From assembly GCA_002700095.1 (NCBI GenBank), contig PACL01000080.1, positions 114,753 through 178,752 on the forward strand: a stretch of 64,000 nt of DNA, given 5' to 3'. Every line of letters begins with the position of its first letter. Within the stretch, counting starts at the first letter, position 1. The notes under the pieces are model-generated. The model saw only the letters and a list, made by a program, of their open reading frames with translations, was not told where the DNA came from and made no database searches. Source of the stretch: Fulvimarina sp. GTDB lineage: Bacteria; Pseudomonadota; Alphaproteobacteria; Rhizobiales; Rhizobiaceae. Below are positions 21,118 through 33,300 of the stretch, one piece after another. The position numbers and the translations under genes are program-made.

Positions 21118-21402
21118 ATGACGACGACCCTGACCGTCACGAAGCGAGGCGAGGTCACCCTCGACAAGGAGCTGCTCGACCACCTCGGCGTCAGACCCGG
21201 CGAGAGCCTCGCCGTGAAGCTCGACCCCCATGGCCAGGTGAGCCTCAGCGCCGCCCGCCCCGAGAAAGGCCCCGGCGCGAATCCTGCGCAGGGACGCATC
21301 GAGGACACGTTCGGGATGCTGGGTCATCTCGCTGACGGGCCGGCCCCGACCATTGAGGAACTCGAGGAAATTGCGGCTGAAGGCTGGGCCAGCCGGCGGT
21401 GA
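21118..21402 (+). CDS. vapB: AbrB/SpoVT-fold antitoxin (VapB-like)
   Basis: 94 aa from the ATG at 21118: MTTTLTVTKRGEVTLDKELLDHLGV (swapped-hairpin motif). The stop overlaps the toxin GTG start. Confidence 0.7.
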   Translation: MTTTLTVTKRGEVTLDKELLDHLGVRPGESLAVKLDPHGQVSLSAARPEKGPGANPAQGRIEDTFGMLGHLADGPAPTIEELEEIAAEGWASRR

Positions 21403-21806
21403 AGATCATCGCCGACACCAACGTCATCATCAGAACCTTGATCGCAGACCATCCCGCCCAGTCTAGAACGGCGACGCAAGCCCTTCGAGATGCGAGCTCC
21501 ATCGCGATCACGCTGCCGACCTTTTGTGAAATCGCGTGGACGTTGAAGCGGCGCTACAGGGCCACTCCTGTCGAATTGAGAGCTGCAATCACATCGCTGC
21601 TCTCCGACCCCAAGGTGGTCTGTGACCGTGATGCCGTCGAAGCCGGCCTTACCATGCTCGATCACGGCGGCGACTTTGCCGACGGCGTCATCGCCTTCGA
21701 AGGCCGGCGGCTCGGCGGAGCGGTCCTCGCGACGTTCGACCGGAAGGCCGCGGCCCTCATCGCGGCGCAGGGCCATGCCGTCGATCTTCTGCCCGCAGCG
21801 CCCTGA
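21399..21806 (+). CDS. vapC: PIN-domain ribonuclease toxin (VapC-like)
   Basis: 135 aa. N-terminal IIADTNVIIR (first acidic residue) and later acidic residues (DFADGV, TFDRK). GTGA overlap with the antitoxin. Confidence 0.75.
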   Translation: MKIIADTNVIIRTLIADHPAQSRTATQALRDASSIAITLPTFCEIAWTLKRRYRATPVELRAAITSLLSDPKVVCDRDAVEAGLTMLDHGGDFADGVIAFEGRRLGGAVLATFDRKAAALIAAQGHAVDLLPAAP

Positions 21807-21830
21807 GCGCCGGCCGGCAGAAGCCCATCG

Positions 21831-22712
21831 TCACCGCGTCGGCACCGGCTCCTCGCCGCGATAGTCGTAGAAGCCGCGGCCGGTCTTGCGGCCGAGCCAT
21901 CCGGCTTCAACATATTTCACCAGCAGCGGGCACGGCCGGTACTTGGAGTCCGCCAGCCCATCATGCAGCACCTGCATGATCGACAGGCAGGTGTCGAGGC
22001 CGATGAAGTCGGCGAGCTGCAGCGGGCCCATCGGGTGGTTGGCGCCGAGCTTCATCGCCGTGTCGATGGAGGTCACCGAGCCGACGCCCTCATAGAGCGT
22101 GTAGATCGCCTCGTTGATCATCGGCAGGAGGATGCGGTTGACGATGAAGGCCGGGAAATCCTCCGACACGGTGATCGCCTTGTCGAGCGCTCCGACGAAG
22201 ACCTTGGCCGCCTCGAAGGTCTCCTCCTCCGTGGCGATGCCGCGCACCAGTTCCACCAGCTTCATCACCGGCACCGGGTTCATGAAGTGGATGCCCATGA
22301 AGCGCTCGGGCCGGTCGGTGGCGGAGGCGAGCCGGGTGATCGAGATCGACGAGGTGTTCGTCGCCAGCATCGCCTCCGGCTTCAGATGCGGGCAGATCTC
22401 CCGGTAGATCTTGCGCTTGACCGTCTCGTCCTCGGTCGCCGCCTCGATGACGAGGTCGCGGTCGCCGAGATCGGCGGCGTTCGTCGTGCCGGCGATGCGG
22501 GCGAGCGCGCCGGCCTTGTCGGCCTCGCTGATCTTCTCCGATGCCAGCTGGCGGCCCATCGACTTGTCGATGCGCTGCAGGCCGGAGGCGACGCGATCCT
22601 CGGCGATGTCGTAGAGCTTGACGTCGAAGCCGGCCAGCGCCGCGACATGGGCGATCCCCGCCCCCATCTGGCCCGCGCCGACCACACCGATCGTTCTGAT
22701 TTCAGACGCCAT
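21831..22712 (-). CDS. hbd: 3-hydroxybutyryl-CoA dehydrogenase
   Basis: 293 aa. [13 protein letters not shown] Rossmann motif; the full-length pattern is typical of HBD/PaaH. Confidence 0.93.
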   Translation of the reverse strand: MASEIRTIGVVGAGQMGAGIAHVAALAGFDVKLYDIAEDRVASGLQRIDKSMGRQLASEKISEADKAGALARIAGTTNAADLGDRDLVIEAATEDETVKRKIYREICPHLKPEAMLATNTSSISITRLASATDRPERFMGIHFMNPVPVMKLVELVRGIATEEETFEAAKVFVGALDKAITVSEDFPAFIVNRILLPMINEAIYTLYEGVGSVTSIDTAMKLGANHPMGPLQLADFIGLDTCLSIMQVLHDGLADSKYRPCPLLVKYVEAGWLGRKTGRGFYDYRGEEPVPTR

Positions 22713-22783
22713 TTTCGCTCTCTCCCAGGGTCTTGTTGCACCGCAGCATAGGCTTGGCCGCGCCGGCGATCAAGCAAACGGGC

Positions 22784-23713
22784 TCAGAGCTTGTCCTTCA
22801 TCTCAGGCAGGATCTGGAACAGGTCGCCGACGAGTCCGTAGTCGGCCACCTGGAAGATCGGCGCCTCCTCGTCCTTGTTGATGGCGACGATGACCTTGGA
22901 ATCCTTCATGCCGGCGAGATGCTGGATCGCGCCGGAAATGCCGGCGGCGATGTAGAGTTCGGGCGCCACCACCTTGCCGGTCTGGCCGACCTGCCAGTCG
23001 TTCGGCGCGTAGCCGGCATCGACCGCGGCGCGCGAGGCGCCGACGGCGGCGCCGAGCTTGTCGGCGAGCGGCAGGATGAATTCGTCGAACTTCTCCTTCG
23101 AGCCGAGCGCCCGGCCGCCGGAGAGGATGATCTTCGCCGCCGACAGCTCCGGGCGCTCCGAATGGGCGAGCTTCTCCTCGACGAAGCTGGAAAGGCCCGG
23201 ATCGCCGGCCGCCTCGACGGACGCGGTCTCGGCCGAGCCGCCCTCGCCCGTCGCCTGGAAGGTCGAGGTGCGAACGGTGATGACCTTCTTGGCGTCCTTC
23301 GATTTCACCGTCTGGACGGCATTGCCGGCATAGATCGGCCGCTCGAAGGTGTCCGGCGCGATCACGGCGGTGACGTCGGAAACCTGCATGACGTCGAGGA
23401 GGGCGGCGACGCGCGGCGCGACGTTCTTGCCGGTGGTCGTCGCGGCGAAGACGATCGCGTCGTAGCCCTCGGCGAGCTTGACGACGAGATCGGCCATGGG
23501 TTCGGCGAGATGATGGGCATAGGCCGCGTCGTCGGCGCTCAGCACCTTGGCGACGCCGTCGAGGCGAGCCGCAGCCTCGGCGACCGCGCCGGCGCCCTCG
23601 CCCGCCACCAGCACATGCACGTCGCCGCCAAGCTTTGCGGCGGCGGACAGCGCCTTGGCGGTCTGCTCGGACAGGGTCTGGTTGTCGTGCTCGGCGATCA
23701 GAAGGGTGGTCAT
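22784..23713 (-). CDS. etfA: electron transfer flavoprotein alpha subunit
   Basis: 309 aa. C-terminal FAD motif [19 protein letters not shown]. Confidence 0.95.
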   Translation of the reverse strand: MTTLLIAEHDNQTLSEQTAKALSAAAKLGGDVHVLVAGEGAGAVAEAAARLDGVAKVLSADDAAYAHHLAEPMADLVVKLAEGYDAIVFAATTTGKNVAPRVAALLDVMQVSDVTAVIAPDTFERPIYAGNAVQTVKSKDAKKVITVRTSTFQATGEGGSAETASVEAAGDPGLSSFVEEKLAHSERPELSAAKIILSGGRALGSKEKFDEFILPLADKLGAAVGASRAAVDAGYAPNDWQVGQTGKVVAPELYIAAGISGAIQHLAGMKDSKVIVAINKDEEAPIFQVADYGLVGDLFQILPEMKDKL

Positions 23714-23837
23714 GTCGTTGTCCTCGGGTAGCCCGCTCTCCCGTGTCGTCGGGTCTCGTCGGGCGCTTCGTCCGGTCGGTGCAGGGGTCCCGCGCTCGGC
23801 GGAATGGCAGGCGGCGCGGCGGCCGCCCGCTCTGGCG

Positions 23838-24587
23838 TCAGAGCAGGCCGGCTTCGTTCTTCAGCTTGTCGATGAGCTCGTCGACGGAGGCGACCTTGAC
23901 GCCGGCCTCGCGCTTCTTCGGCTCTTGCGTCTTCAAGACCTCGAGGCGCGGCGTGATATCGACGCCGAAGTCCTCGGGGCTCTTCTCCTCGATCGGCTTC
24001 TTCTTGGCCTTCATGATGTTCGGCAGCGAGGCGTAGCGCGGCTCGTTGAGGCGAAGATCGGTGGTCACCACCGCCGGCATCTTCAGGTCCACGGTCTGCA
24101 GGCCGCCATCCACCTCGCGGCTCACCGTCAGGCGCCCGTCGGCCGGCCGGACCTCGTTGGCGAAGGTGCCCTGGCTCCAGCCGAGCAGCGCCGCCAGCAT
24201 CTGGCCGGTCTGGTTGCAGTCGTCGTCGATCGCCTGCTTGCCGACGATGACGAGGTCGGGCTTTTCCGCCTCGACGACGCCCTTGAGGATCTTGGCGACG
24301 GCGAGCGGCTCGGTCGGCTGGTCGGTCTTGACAAGGATGCCGCGGTCGGCACCCATCGCGAGCGCCGTGCGGATCGTCTCCTGGGCTTGGCTCGGGCCGA
24401 CGGAAACGGCGATCACCTCGGTCGCCGTGCCGGCTTCCTTGAGGCGGATCGCCTCCTCGACGGCGATCTCGTCGAAGGGGTTCATCGACATCTTGACGTT
24501 GGCGAGTTCGACGCCCGAGCCGTCGGACTTGACGCGGATCTTCACGTTGTAGTCGACCACCCGCTTGACTGCGACGAGAACTTTCAT
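23838..24587 (-). CDS. etfB: electron transfer flavoprotein beta subunit
   Basis: 249 aa: [19 protein letters not shown]. Confidence 0.95.
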   Translation of the reverse strand: MKVLVAVKRVVDYNVKIRVKSDGSGVELANVKMSMNPFDEIAVEEAIRLKEAGTATEVIAVSVGPSQAQETIRTALAMGADRGILVKTDQPTEPLAVAKILKGVVEAEKPDLVIVGKQAIDDDCNQTGQMLAALLGWSQGTFANEVRPADGRLTVSREVDGGLQTVDLKMPAVVTTDLRLNEPRYASLPNIMKAKKKPIEEKSPEDFGVDITPRLEVLKTQEPKKREAGVKVASVDELIDKLKNEAGLL

Positions 24588-24839
24588 GGGCGGGGTCTCT
24601 CCTTCAAGGTGTCTTTCAAACGACGATTTTGTTGCGGCACTCTTCGCGCAAAGCGGGGCGGCTTGGCAAGCCGGAGGCCCCCGTCACCGCCGCTGCCATA
24701 GCGGGAAACTAAGCCCGCCATCAGGATTTCACCCCGCTTCGGCAGCGACGGCCACCAGCGCGGCCGGAAAGGCCGGCGGCAGAGGCCACGGCAGAAGCGC
24801 CGCGATTCGCCTCGGCGCGGATCGCGCCCGGCGCTTCCC

Positions 24840-25412
24840 TCACCGGCTGCCTCCCGGCACCCAGAGGACGTCCGCCCGGCCCTCGTCGTTGGCGATGCGG
24901 GCGGCGACGAAGAAGTGGTCGGACAGGCGATTGACGTAGCGGATGGCGGTGGCGGCGACGGGCTCGCCTTCCTTGGCCGAAAGCGCGATCATCAGCCGCT
25001 CGGCGCGGCGCGCCACGGTGCGGGCGAGATGCAGATGCGTCGCGGCGGGCGAGCCGGCCGGCAGCACGAAAGACTTCAGCGGCGACAGCCGGGCGTTCAT
25101 CGCGTCGATCTCGGCCTCCAGCCGCTCGACCTGGCTGTCGACGACCTTCAGCGGCTCGAATTCCAAGGGTTTGCCGGTGTCGGGGGTGGCGAGCTCCGCC
25201 CCGAGGTCGAAGAGTTCGTTCTGGATCCGCGCCAGCATCGCGTCGATCTCCGCCTCGGCATGCAGCCGCGCGAGACCGATCACGGCATTCAGTTCGTCGA
25301 CGGTGCCGTAGGTTTCCACCCTGAGATCCGCCTTCGAGCGTCGCTCGCCATTGCCGAGCGAGGTCTCGCCCAAGTCGCCCGTGCGGGTGTAGATCCTGTT
25401 CAGTCGGACCAA
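24840..25412 (-). CDS. PduO-type ATP:cob(I)alamin adenosyltransferase
   Basis: 190 aa: IYTRTGDLGETSL, TYGTVDELNAVIG. Confidence 0.9.
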   Translation of the reverse strand: MVRLNRIYTRTGDLGETSLGNGERRSKADLRVETYGTVDELNAVIGLARLHAEAEIDAMLARIQNELFDLGAELATPDTGKPLEFEPLKVVDSQVERLEAEIDAMNARLSPLKSFVLPAGSPAATHLHLARTVARRAERLMIALSAKEGEPVAATAIRYVNRLSDHFFVAARIANDEGRADVLWVPGGSR

Positions 25413-25472
25413 ATCCGCCTCCCTTTAAAGTCTTCTCGATGCGTGTCGGTGTTCCGTTGCGTCCCGGCCGCC

Positions 25473-25664
25473 TCAGTGCCTGGCCAAAAGCAGCACGCCG
25501 ACGATGAGGATGACCGCCAGCCCCTGCAGCATGACGCGGGCCCGCATCAGCTTCTGCGAGGTGTTGCCGGAGCCGCCCCGCATCATGTTGACGAGCCCCG
25601 CGAGCAGCACGCCGGCGGTCACGATCATCACGAGGAGGGCAAGATAGGTCAGGAAGCTGGACAT
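25473..25664 (-). CDS. twin-transmembrane-helix small protein (HIG1-like)
   Basis: 63 aa. Two TM helices separated by MMRGGSGNTSQKLMRARV. Confidence 0.7.
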   Translation of the reverse strand: MSSFLTYLALLVMIVTAGVLLAGLVNMMRGGSGNTSQKLMRARVMLQGLAVILIVGVLLLARH

Positions 25665-25779
25665 GCCGTCCTTTCGGTTTCGAAACGAGGGGTCGTTTCC
25701 GTTTCATATAAGGCCGCGCGGCGAGGTTTCAGCGAACCGCGGCAGAAAGACACCATCGCAGCGTCCCGGCTCCGCGCCC

Positions 25780-26661
25780 TCATCGAGCGCCCTTGAGCCG
25801 CACCCGCCCCATCGCGGCGGAAACGCCGACACCCGCCAGAAGCAGGCCGCCGAGCTGGACGACCGTCAGCGTCTCGCCGAACAGAAGATAGGCCATCACG
25901 GCGGTGACCCCCGGCGTCAGATACATCAGCGACGCCACCTTCGAGACGGCGCCCTCGCGGATCAGCATCATCATCAGGAAGATTGCGCCGATCGACAGCA
26001 CCACGGTCAGCCAGGCGAGCGCGAAGATCACCTCGCCGTTCCAGTCGACCCGCATCGTCTCGAACAGGGCGGCGAGGGCGAAGCTTGGGATCAGCGCGCC
26101 CAGATACTGGAAGAAGGTGCCGGTTCTGACGTCGATGCCGGTGGCGAAGCGCTTCTGCCAGATCGTGCCGACGGAGATGCCGAGCGCCGACAGGCAGGCC
26201 GGCGCGACGTTGACGAAGTGGTAGTCGCCGCCGCTGCCGAGCTTCGGCAGGATGACCAGCGCAACGCCGACGAGGCCGAGCGCGAGCCCGAGCGCGTGGC
26301 GCGGCCGGATCGTCTCGCCGAGCGTTGGCGCTGCGATCAATGCGGTGATGATCGGCTGCAGCCCGACGATCAGCGCCGCGACGCCGGCATTCAGCCCGTG
26401 CCGCACGGCGAAGAACACCCCGCCGAGATAGACGCCGTGGATCAGGCTGCCGGCGATCATCGAATGGCCGGCGAGGCGCCCGCCCGGCCAGACCGCCCGG
26501 GCGACCAGCGCCATGGCGCCGAGCAGCACGAGTGCCAGCGCGTAGCGCAGCGACAGGAAGGTAAACGGCTCCGCATAGGGCATGGCGAAGCGCGCGCCGA
26601 TGAAGCCGGTGGACCACAGGAGCACGAAGACGGCCGGAAAGAAGGAAACGAAACGCTGCAC
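25780..26661 (-). CDS. EamA/DMT-family permease
   Basis: 293 aa, GTG start, about 10 TM segments, second DMT paralogue in the window. Confidence 0.8.
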   Translation of the reverse strand: MQRFVSFFPAVFVLLWSTGFIGARFAMPYAEPFTFLSLRYALALVLLGAMALVARAVWPGGRLAGHSMIAGSLIHGVYLGGVFFAVRHGLNAGVAALIVGLQPIITALIAAPTLGETIRPRHALGLALGLVGVALVILPKLGSGGDYHFVNVAPACLSALGISVGTIWQKRFATGIDVRTGTFFQYLGALIPSFALAALFETMRVDWNGEVIFALAWLTVVLSIGAIFLMMMLIREGAVSKVASLMYLTPGVTAVMAYLLFGETLTVVQLGGLLLAGVGVSAAMGRVRLKGAR

Positions 26662-26848
26662 GACGCCGCCGCACCCGCATTGGGAGAAGGAGGCGGAGGC
26701 CGGTCGGTCTCCGCCGCTGGAAGTACCAGCGACGCTCTAGCGCGATTGACGCCATCCTGTCACGGCCTCGATCTTCGGTTGTCTTCCTCCTCCTGTGCCC
26801 ATTCGTTAGGCAGGGAAATAACCGTTTCTTGATGAATTGGATCAATAG

Positions 26849-28282
<1,434 letters not shown>

Positions 28283-28356
28283 GGCCGTTCAGCCTCTGAA
28301 CCAAAACCCACGGGCAGGCGCCGCCGCGTCCGCCCGTAGAGCCGGACGCCCTCCCG

Positions 28357-29394
28357 TCAGGACGGGCTCCGGTCGCCCCCGGTCGACACCACGTCGTGCC
28401 AGCTCCAGCCGTCGCTCTCGACCAGCGACTTGAGCAGGCGGCGGTCCGCCCCGCCCGCACCCGCGCCGACGTTCGGCGCGGCATCGACGGGAACGCCGCT
28501 CGCCACCGCCTCGCTCATGTCGGGGGGCGCCGGCTGCCGCTCGGACGTGTCGATATGGGCAGACTCCATCGCCCTCAGGAACGTCGCCACCGCCGCCTGA
28601 CACTGGATCAGCGACAGCCGGCTCGGCCGGACCTCCTGAGGCGTCGCCGCCGCGATGACGTCGATCGCCTCGCTGAACGCCGCCAGCCGGACAGGAAGCG
28701 CCGATTCCGCATGCCGGCTGTGGAAGTAGTGGAGGATCGGATAGGCGAGATGCTGCTCGCCGAGGGTCAGGATCTGCGTCGAGATGTCCGGCAGGATCCC
28801 GTCGAGGCTCGACAGGCTCTTGCCGCACCACGCCCGTTCCAGGATCCCGGTCGGCGTGCTGCCGATGCCGTGGATCGTCAGCGCCAGCTGGCGCTTCTGA
28901 ACAGCGGCCGAGAGGATCGGCACGAGATACGTCACCGAAAGGGTCAGTGCCAGCAGCCCGTTGGCGGCGCAGACCGCCGTGAGGATCTGCCAGATGCCAC
29001 CGGACGGCTTGAAATCGCCGATCCCCAGCGTCGTGATGGTGTAGCCGGCGAAATACAGCGTATCGAGCGCACTGGCCGGCTCGTTAGTCGATGAATCGAC
29101 GATGCTCCCACTCGCGCCCAGAAACACCAGCCACCAGCCGAGCCACAGGCCGACATACCAGCCGAGCGCGGTCAGTGCGAGGAACAGCGGGCCGATCTTG
29201 GTGAAGATCGCGTGGCGCCTCGGGCTCTTTGAAAAGACGCGCAGGCACAGCTTCCAGATCAGCCGCAGTCCGCGCGACGTCAGCGGCCCCGCCCCTTGTG
29301 CGGTGAGGGTCGTCGTGCCGATCTCCGCGATCGTCCAGGCGACGACGAGGATACCGAGGAAGGTCAGGGCGATCATCGGCCCGATCCCCCGCAC
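28357..29394 (-). CDS. potassium-channel family protein (2TM pore) with uncharacterised ~190-aa C-terminal domain
   Basis: 345 aa. Selectivity-filter signature TITTLGIGD flanked by TM helices. Confidence 0.8.
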   Translation of the reverse strand: MRGIGPMIALTFLGILVVAWTIAEIGTTTLTAQGAGPLTSRGLRLIWKLCLRVFSKSPRRHAIFTKIGPLFLALTALGWYVGLWLGWWLVFLGASGSIVDSSTNEPASALDTLYFAGYTITTLGIGDFKPSGGIWQILTAVCAANGLLALTLSVTYLVPILSAAVQKRQLALTIHGIGSTPTGILERAWCGKSLSSLDGILPDISTQILTLGEQHLAYPILHYFHSRHAESALPVRLAAFSEAIDVIAAATPQEVRPSRLSLIQCQAAVATFLRAMESAHIDTSERQPAPPDMSEAVASGVPVDAAPNVGAGAGGADRRLLKSLVESDGWSWHDVVSTGGDRSPS

Positions 29395-29749
29395 GCAGAT
29401 CCCGGGTCAGAGCTGCTCAGGTCGTCATCCTCACGAAAAAGGCCCGCCATTCCTGCGGCCCGTCCACCAGTCCCGGATTGCATCTCGCCTCGTTCTGACA
29501 CCATGCCTGGTCCCGAACGCATGAACGCCAAGTATTGTTCAAATTCAACAAGGTCTTCCTGCCCGTCGGGCACTGCCGTTATGCTTCCCGAGTCGCATCG
29601 GCCGCCACCTGAATGTTCGCTTCTGTTCCCCTGCCTTGCCCGCTGCCTGCACCGGTCGGAACAATACGACTAGAATCTTCATGATTGGGGAAGCTGACTT
29701 GAAAGTTCTGTCAGCCATTTTCCGGACAAGAGATTCGGGAACCACCGTC

Positions 29750-30136
29750 ATGGCCAACAGCGACCCCCTACCGTCGATCGAGATCGCTTCCGTCTACAGC
29801 GCCTTCGCGTCGAGACAGTTCGAGCCGTCGACGCTTGCCAACGAATATCGCAGCACCGATAAGGCGCGGGCCGTGCCGGACGAGCTCCGTGCGTCCCTCG
29901 CCGGATCGCTGCGATCGCCGGAAATCAATCAGGCCTATATCGAGAGGCTGAAGGCGCAGGCCGAGGAACAGGCGATCAATCGCCGGGCGATGCGCACTCG
30001 CAGCCAGGTCGATGCGATCGGCTCCAAGGCCTCCCTCGACCTGACGGCCCTGAAGAACAGCCCCGAGGCCACCACGGCCACCAACAACGGTCCGCTCGAT
30101 GCCGTGCTGGACGCCTATCGCGCCAATCTCGGCTGA
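29750..30136 (+). CDS. hypothetical protein
   Basis: 128 aa from the ATG at 29750 (ORF open from 29636; alternative ATG at 29681). No signal peptide or known motif. Preceded by a comparatively AT-rich leader. Confidence 0.4.
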   Translation: MANSDPLPSIEIASVYSAFASRQFEPSTLANEYRSTDKARAVPDELRASLAGSLRSPEINQAYIERLKAQAEEQAINRRAMRTRSQVDAIGSKASLDLTALKNSPEATTATNNGPLDAVLDAYRANLG

Positions 30137-30374
30137 CCCGGGGCATCGTTCGTCCGGCAGACGGGAGACGGCACGCCGCGACGTGCCGAGCGACCTGTCC
30201 CGCGTGCCGGACATCGATGCCGATCTTCGGCTGGTGCCGTTGCAGCAAGGCCGGGCCGGCAAGGCCAGCGAGCCGGCAGTCCCGGCGCCCGGTTCCGCGA
30301 TGCCGGCGCCGTCACCCGGAGGGCGCCACCGGCCCTTCCGGTGACGCCTTTTTCGCAGACATCCTGCGACGGCT

Positions 30375-33300
30375 TCAAGCCGCCTGCTTCTGCCCCTCGT
30401 CGACGAAGCGGGCGAGGTTCGTCGCCACCGTCGCAGCGCCGTTCAGGCGCTTTTCCGGCGTCGGCCAGTCGCGGATGAGGACGATCGACTGGTCCGGGCG
30501 AATCTTCGCCGCGGCGCCCTGTTCGCCGATATAGCGCACGAGCGCCGCCGGATTGGCGAAGTTCTTGTCGCGGAAGGTGATGACGATCCCCTTCGGCCCG
30601 GCATCGAGCTTCTCGATATTCGCCTTTCGGCACAGCGCCTTGATGAACACGACTTTGAGCAGATGCTCGACCTCGGTGGGCAGCGGCCCGAAGCGGTCGA
30701 TCAGCTCGGCGCCGAAGCCGTCGATCTCGCGCGCATCGCCGAGATCGGCGAGGCGCCGATAGAGCGTCATGCGCAGCTGCAGGTCCGGCACGTAGTGCTC
30801 GGGGATCATCACGGCCGTGCCCAGCGTGATCTGCGGCGACCACTGGCCGTTGGTCTCGCTCTCGACGCCCTTCATCTCGGCGACCGCCTCTTCCAGCATC
30901 TGCTGGTACAGCTCGAATCCGACCTCCTTGATGTGGCCGGACTGTTCGTCGCCGAGGAGATTGCCGGCGCCGCGCTGGTCGAGATCGTGGGAGGCGAGCT
31001 GGAAGCCAGCACCGAGCGTATCGAGCGACTGCAGCACCTTCAGCCGGCGGTCGGCGCCCTTGGTCGGCGTCTTGTTGGCCGGCAGCGTCAGCAGCGCATA
31101 GGCCCGCTGCTTGGAGCGACCGACGCGGCCGCGGATCTGGTAGAGCTGGGCGAGGCCGAACATGTCGGCCCGGTGGACGATCAGCGTGTTCGCCGTCGGG
31201 ATGTCGAGGCCGGATTCGACGATGGTCGTTGCCAGAAGCACGTCGTACTGGCCTTCGTAGAAGGCGTTCATGATATCGTCGAGCTCGCCCGCCGCCATCT
31301 GGCCGTGGGCGACCGCCACCTTCAGCTCCGGCACCTGGGTGTCGAGGAACTCCTTCACCGAGGCGAGATCCGACACCCGTGGACAGACATAGAAGCTCTG
31401 GCCGCCCCTGTATCGTTCGCGCAGCAGCGTCTCGCGCACCACCATGGCGTCGAAGGGCGAGACGAAGGTGCGCACGGCCATGCGATCGACCGGCGGCGTG
31501 GTGATCAGCGACAGTTCGCGCACACCGGTCAAGGCGAGTTGCAAGGTCCGTGGGATCGGCGTCGCCGAGAGGGTGAGGACGTGGACGTCCGACTTCAGCT
31601 CCTTCAGCCGCTCCTTGTGCTTGACGCCGAAATGCTGCTCCTCGTCGATGATCAGGAGGCCGAGGGACTTGAAGTTGACCGCCTTGCCGAGCAGCGCATG
31701 GGTGCCGACCACGATGTCCAATGTGCCGTCGGAAATCCCCTTCTTGACGCCGGCGAGTTCCTTGGCCGTCACCAGGCGCGAGGCCTGTCCCACCTGAATG
31801 GGAAGTCCGCGGAAGCGCTCGGAAAACGTCTTGTAGTGCTGGCGGGCGAGCAGCGTCGTCGGCACGACGACGGCCACCTGCAGCCCGTTCATCGCCGCGA
31901 TGAAGGCGGCGCGCAGCGCCACCTCGGTCTTGCCGAAGCCGACGTCGCCGCAGACGAGGCGGTCCATCGGCTTGCCGGCGGCGAGATCGTCGGTGACGGC
32001 ATCGATGGCGCCAAGCTGGTCCTCGGTCTCCTCATAGGGGAAACGGGCGGCGAACTCGTCCCACAGCCCTTCCGGCGGCAAGAGCCGCGGCGCGCCGCGC
32101 ATCTCGCGTTCGGCGGCGATCTTGATCAGGCCGCCCGCCATGTCGAGCAGCTTCTTCTTCAGCTTGGCCTTGCGGGCCTGCCAGGCGCCGCCGCCGAGCC
32201 GGTCGAGCATCGCCTCCGAGCCCTCGCCGCCATAGCGCGACAGAAGCTCGATGTTTTCCACCGGCAGGAACAGCCGGTCGTCGCCATGATATCTGAGTTC
32301 CAGGCAGTCGTGCGGCGCCCCCGCCGCCTCGATGGTCTTCAGCCCGACGAAGCGGCCAATGCCGTGGTCGACATGGACGACGATGTCGCCCTCGTCCAAT
32401 CCGGAGACTTCCGCGATGAAGTCGGAGTTCTTGCGCCGTTTGCGGCCGCGCCGGACGAGGCGGTCGCCGAGAATGTCCTGTTCGGCGACGACGACGAGGT
32501 CGTCGCTCTCGAAGCCCGCTTCCAGCCCCAGAACCGCCGTGACGACGAAGTTCTTCGGCGCCTCGCGCACCTGCTTGAGGTTTTCCGCCGGCTTGATCGA
32601 GCCGAGGCCGTGCTCCTCCATCACCTGGGTCAGCCGCTCGCGCGAGCCCTCGGTCCAGCCGGCAAGCAGCACCCGCCGCCCCGCCGCCCGAAGCTTGGCC
32701 ACATGGTCGACTGCCTCGGCGAAGACGTTGACGCCCTCGGCGGTGCGCTCGGTGGAGAAGTTGCGCCCCCGCCGGTAGTCGAGATTGTAGGCATCCCGGC
32801 CGAGGGCGTCGGAGACCCCATAGGCGGAGAAACGCACCGGCTCGGCGCTGGCGAGACCGCCGGCGAGTTCGTCGTCACTCAGATAGAGCGCATCCGGCTC
32901 GACCGGGTGATAGGGCACGCCGCCCTCGCCGCCGCTCTCGCCGGCGCCGCGCTTTCGCGCCTGGTAGTGATCCTCGATGAGCGTCCGGCGCTCGGCCACC
33001 GCCTCGCTGGTCAGGTGGTCGAGGACGAAAGCAAAGCCCCGGCAATGGTCGAAGATCGTGTCGAGCCGCTCGTAGAACAGCGGCAGCCAGTGCTCCATCC
33101 CGGCGAAGCGCTTGCCTTCGGAGATCGATTCGTACAGCGCATCGCCCCTGAGGGCCGCCCCGAAGCGCTTGATGTAGTTGGTCCGGAACCGGCTGATCGT
33201 CTCGTCGCGCAGCGAGACTTCCGACACCGGCGACAGCTCGAAACGCTTCAGCTGCTTGGTCGTCCTCTGGCTCGCCGGATCGAAGGCGCGCACCGTCTCC

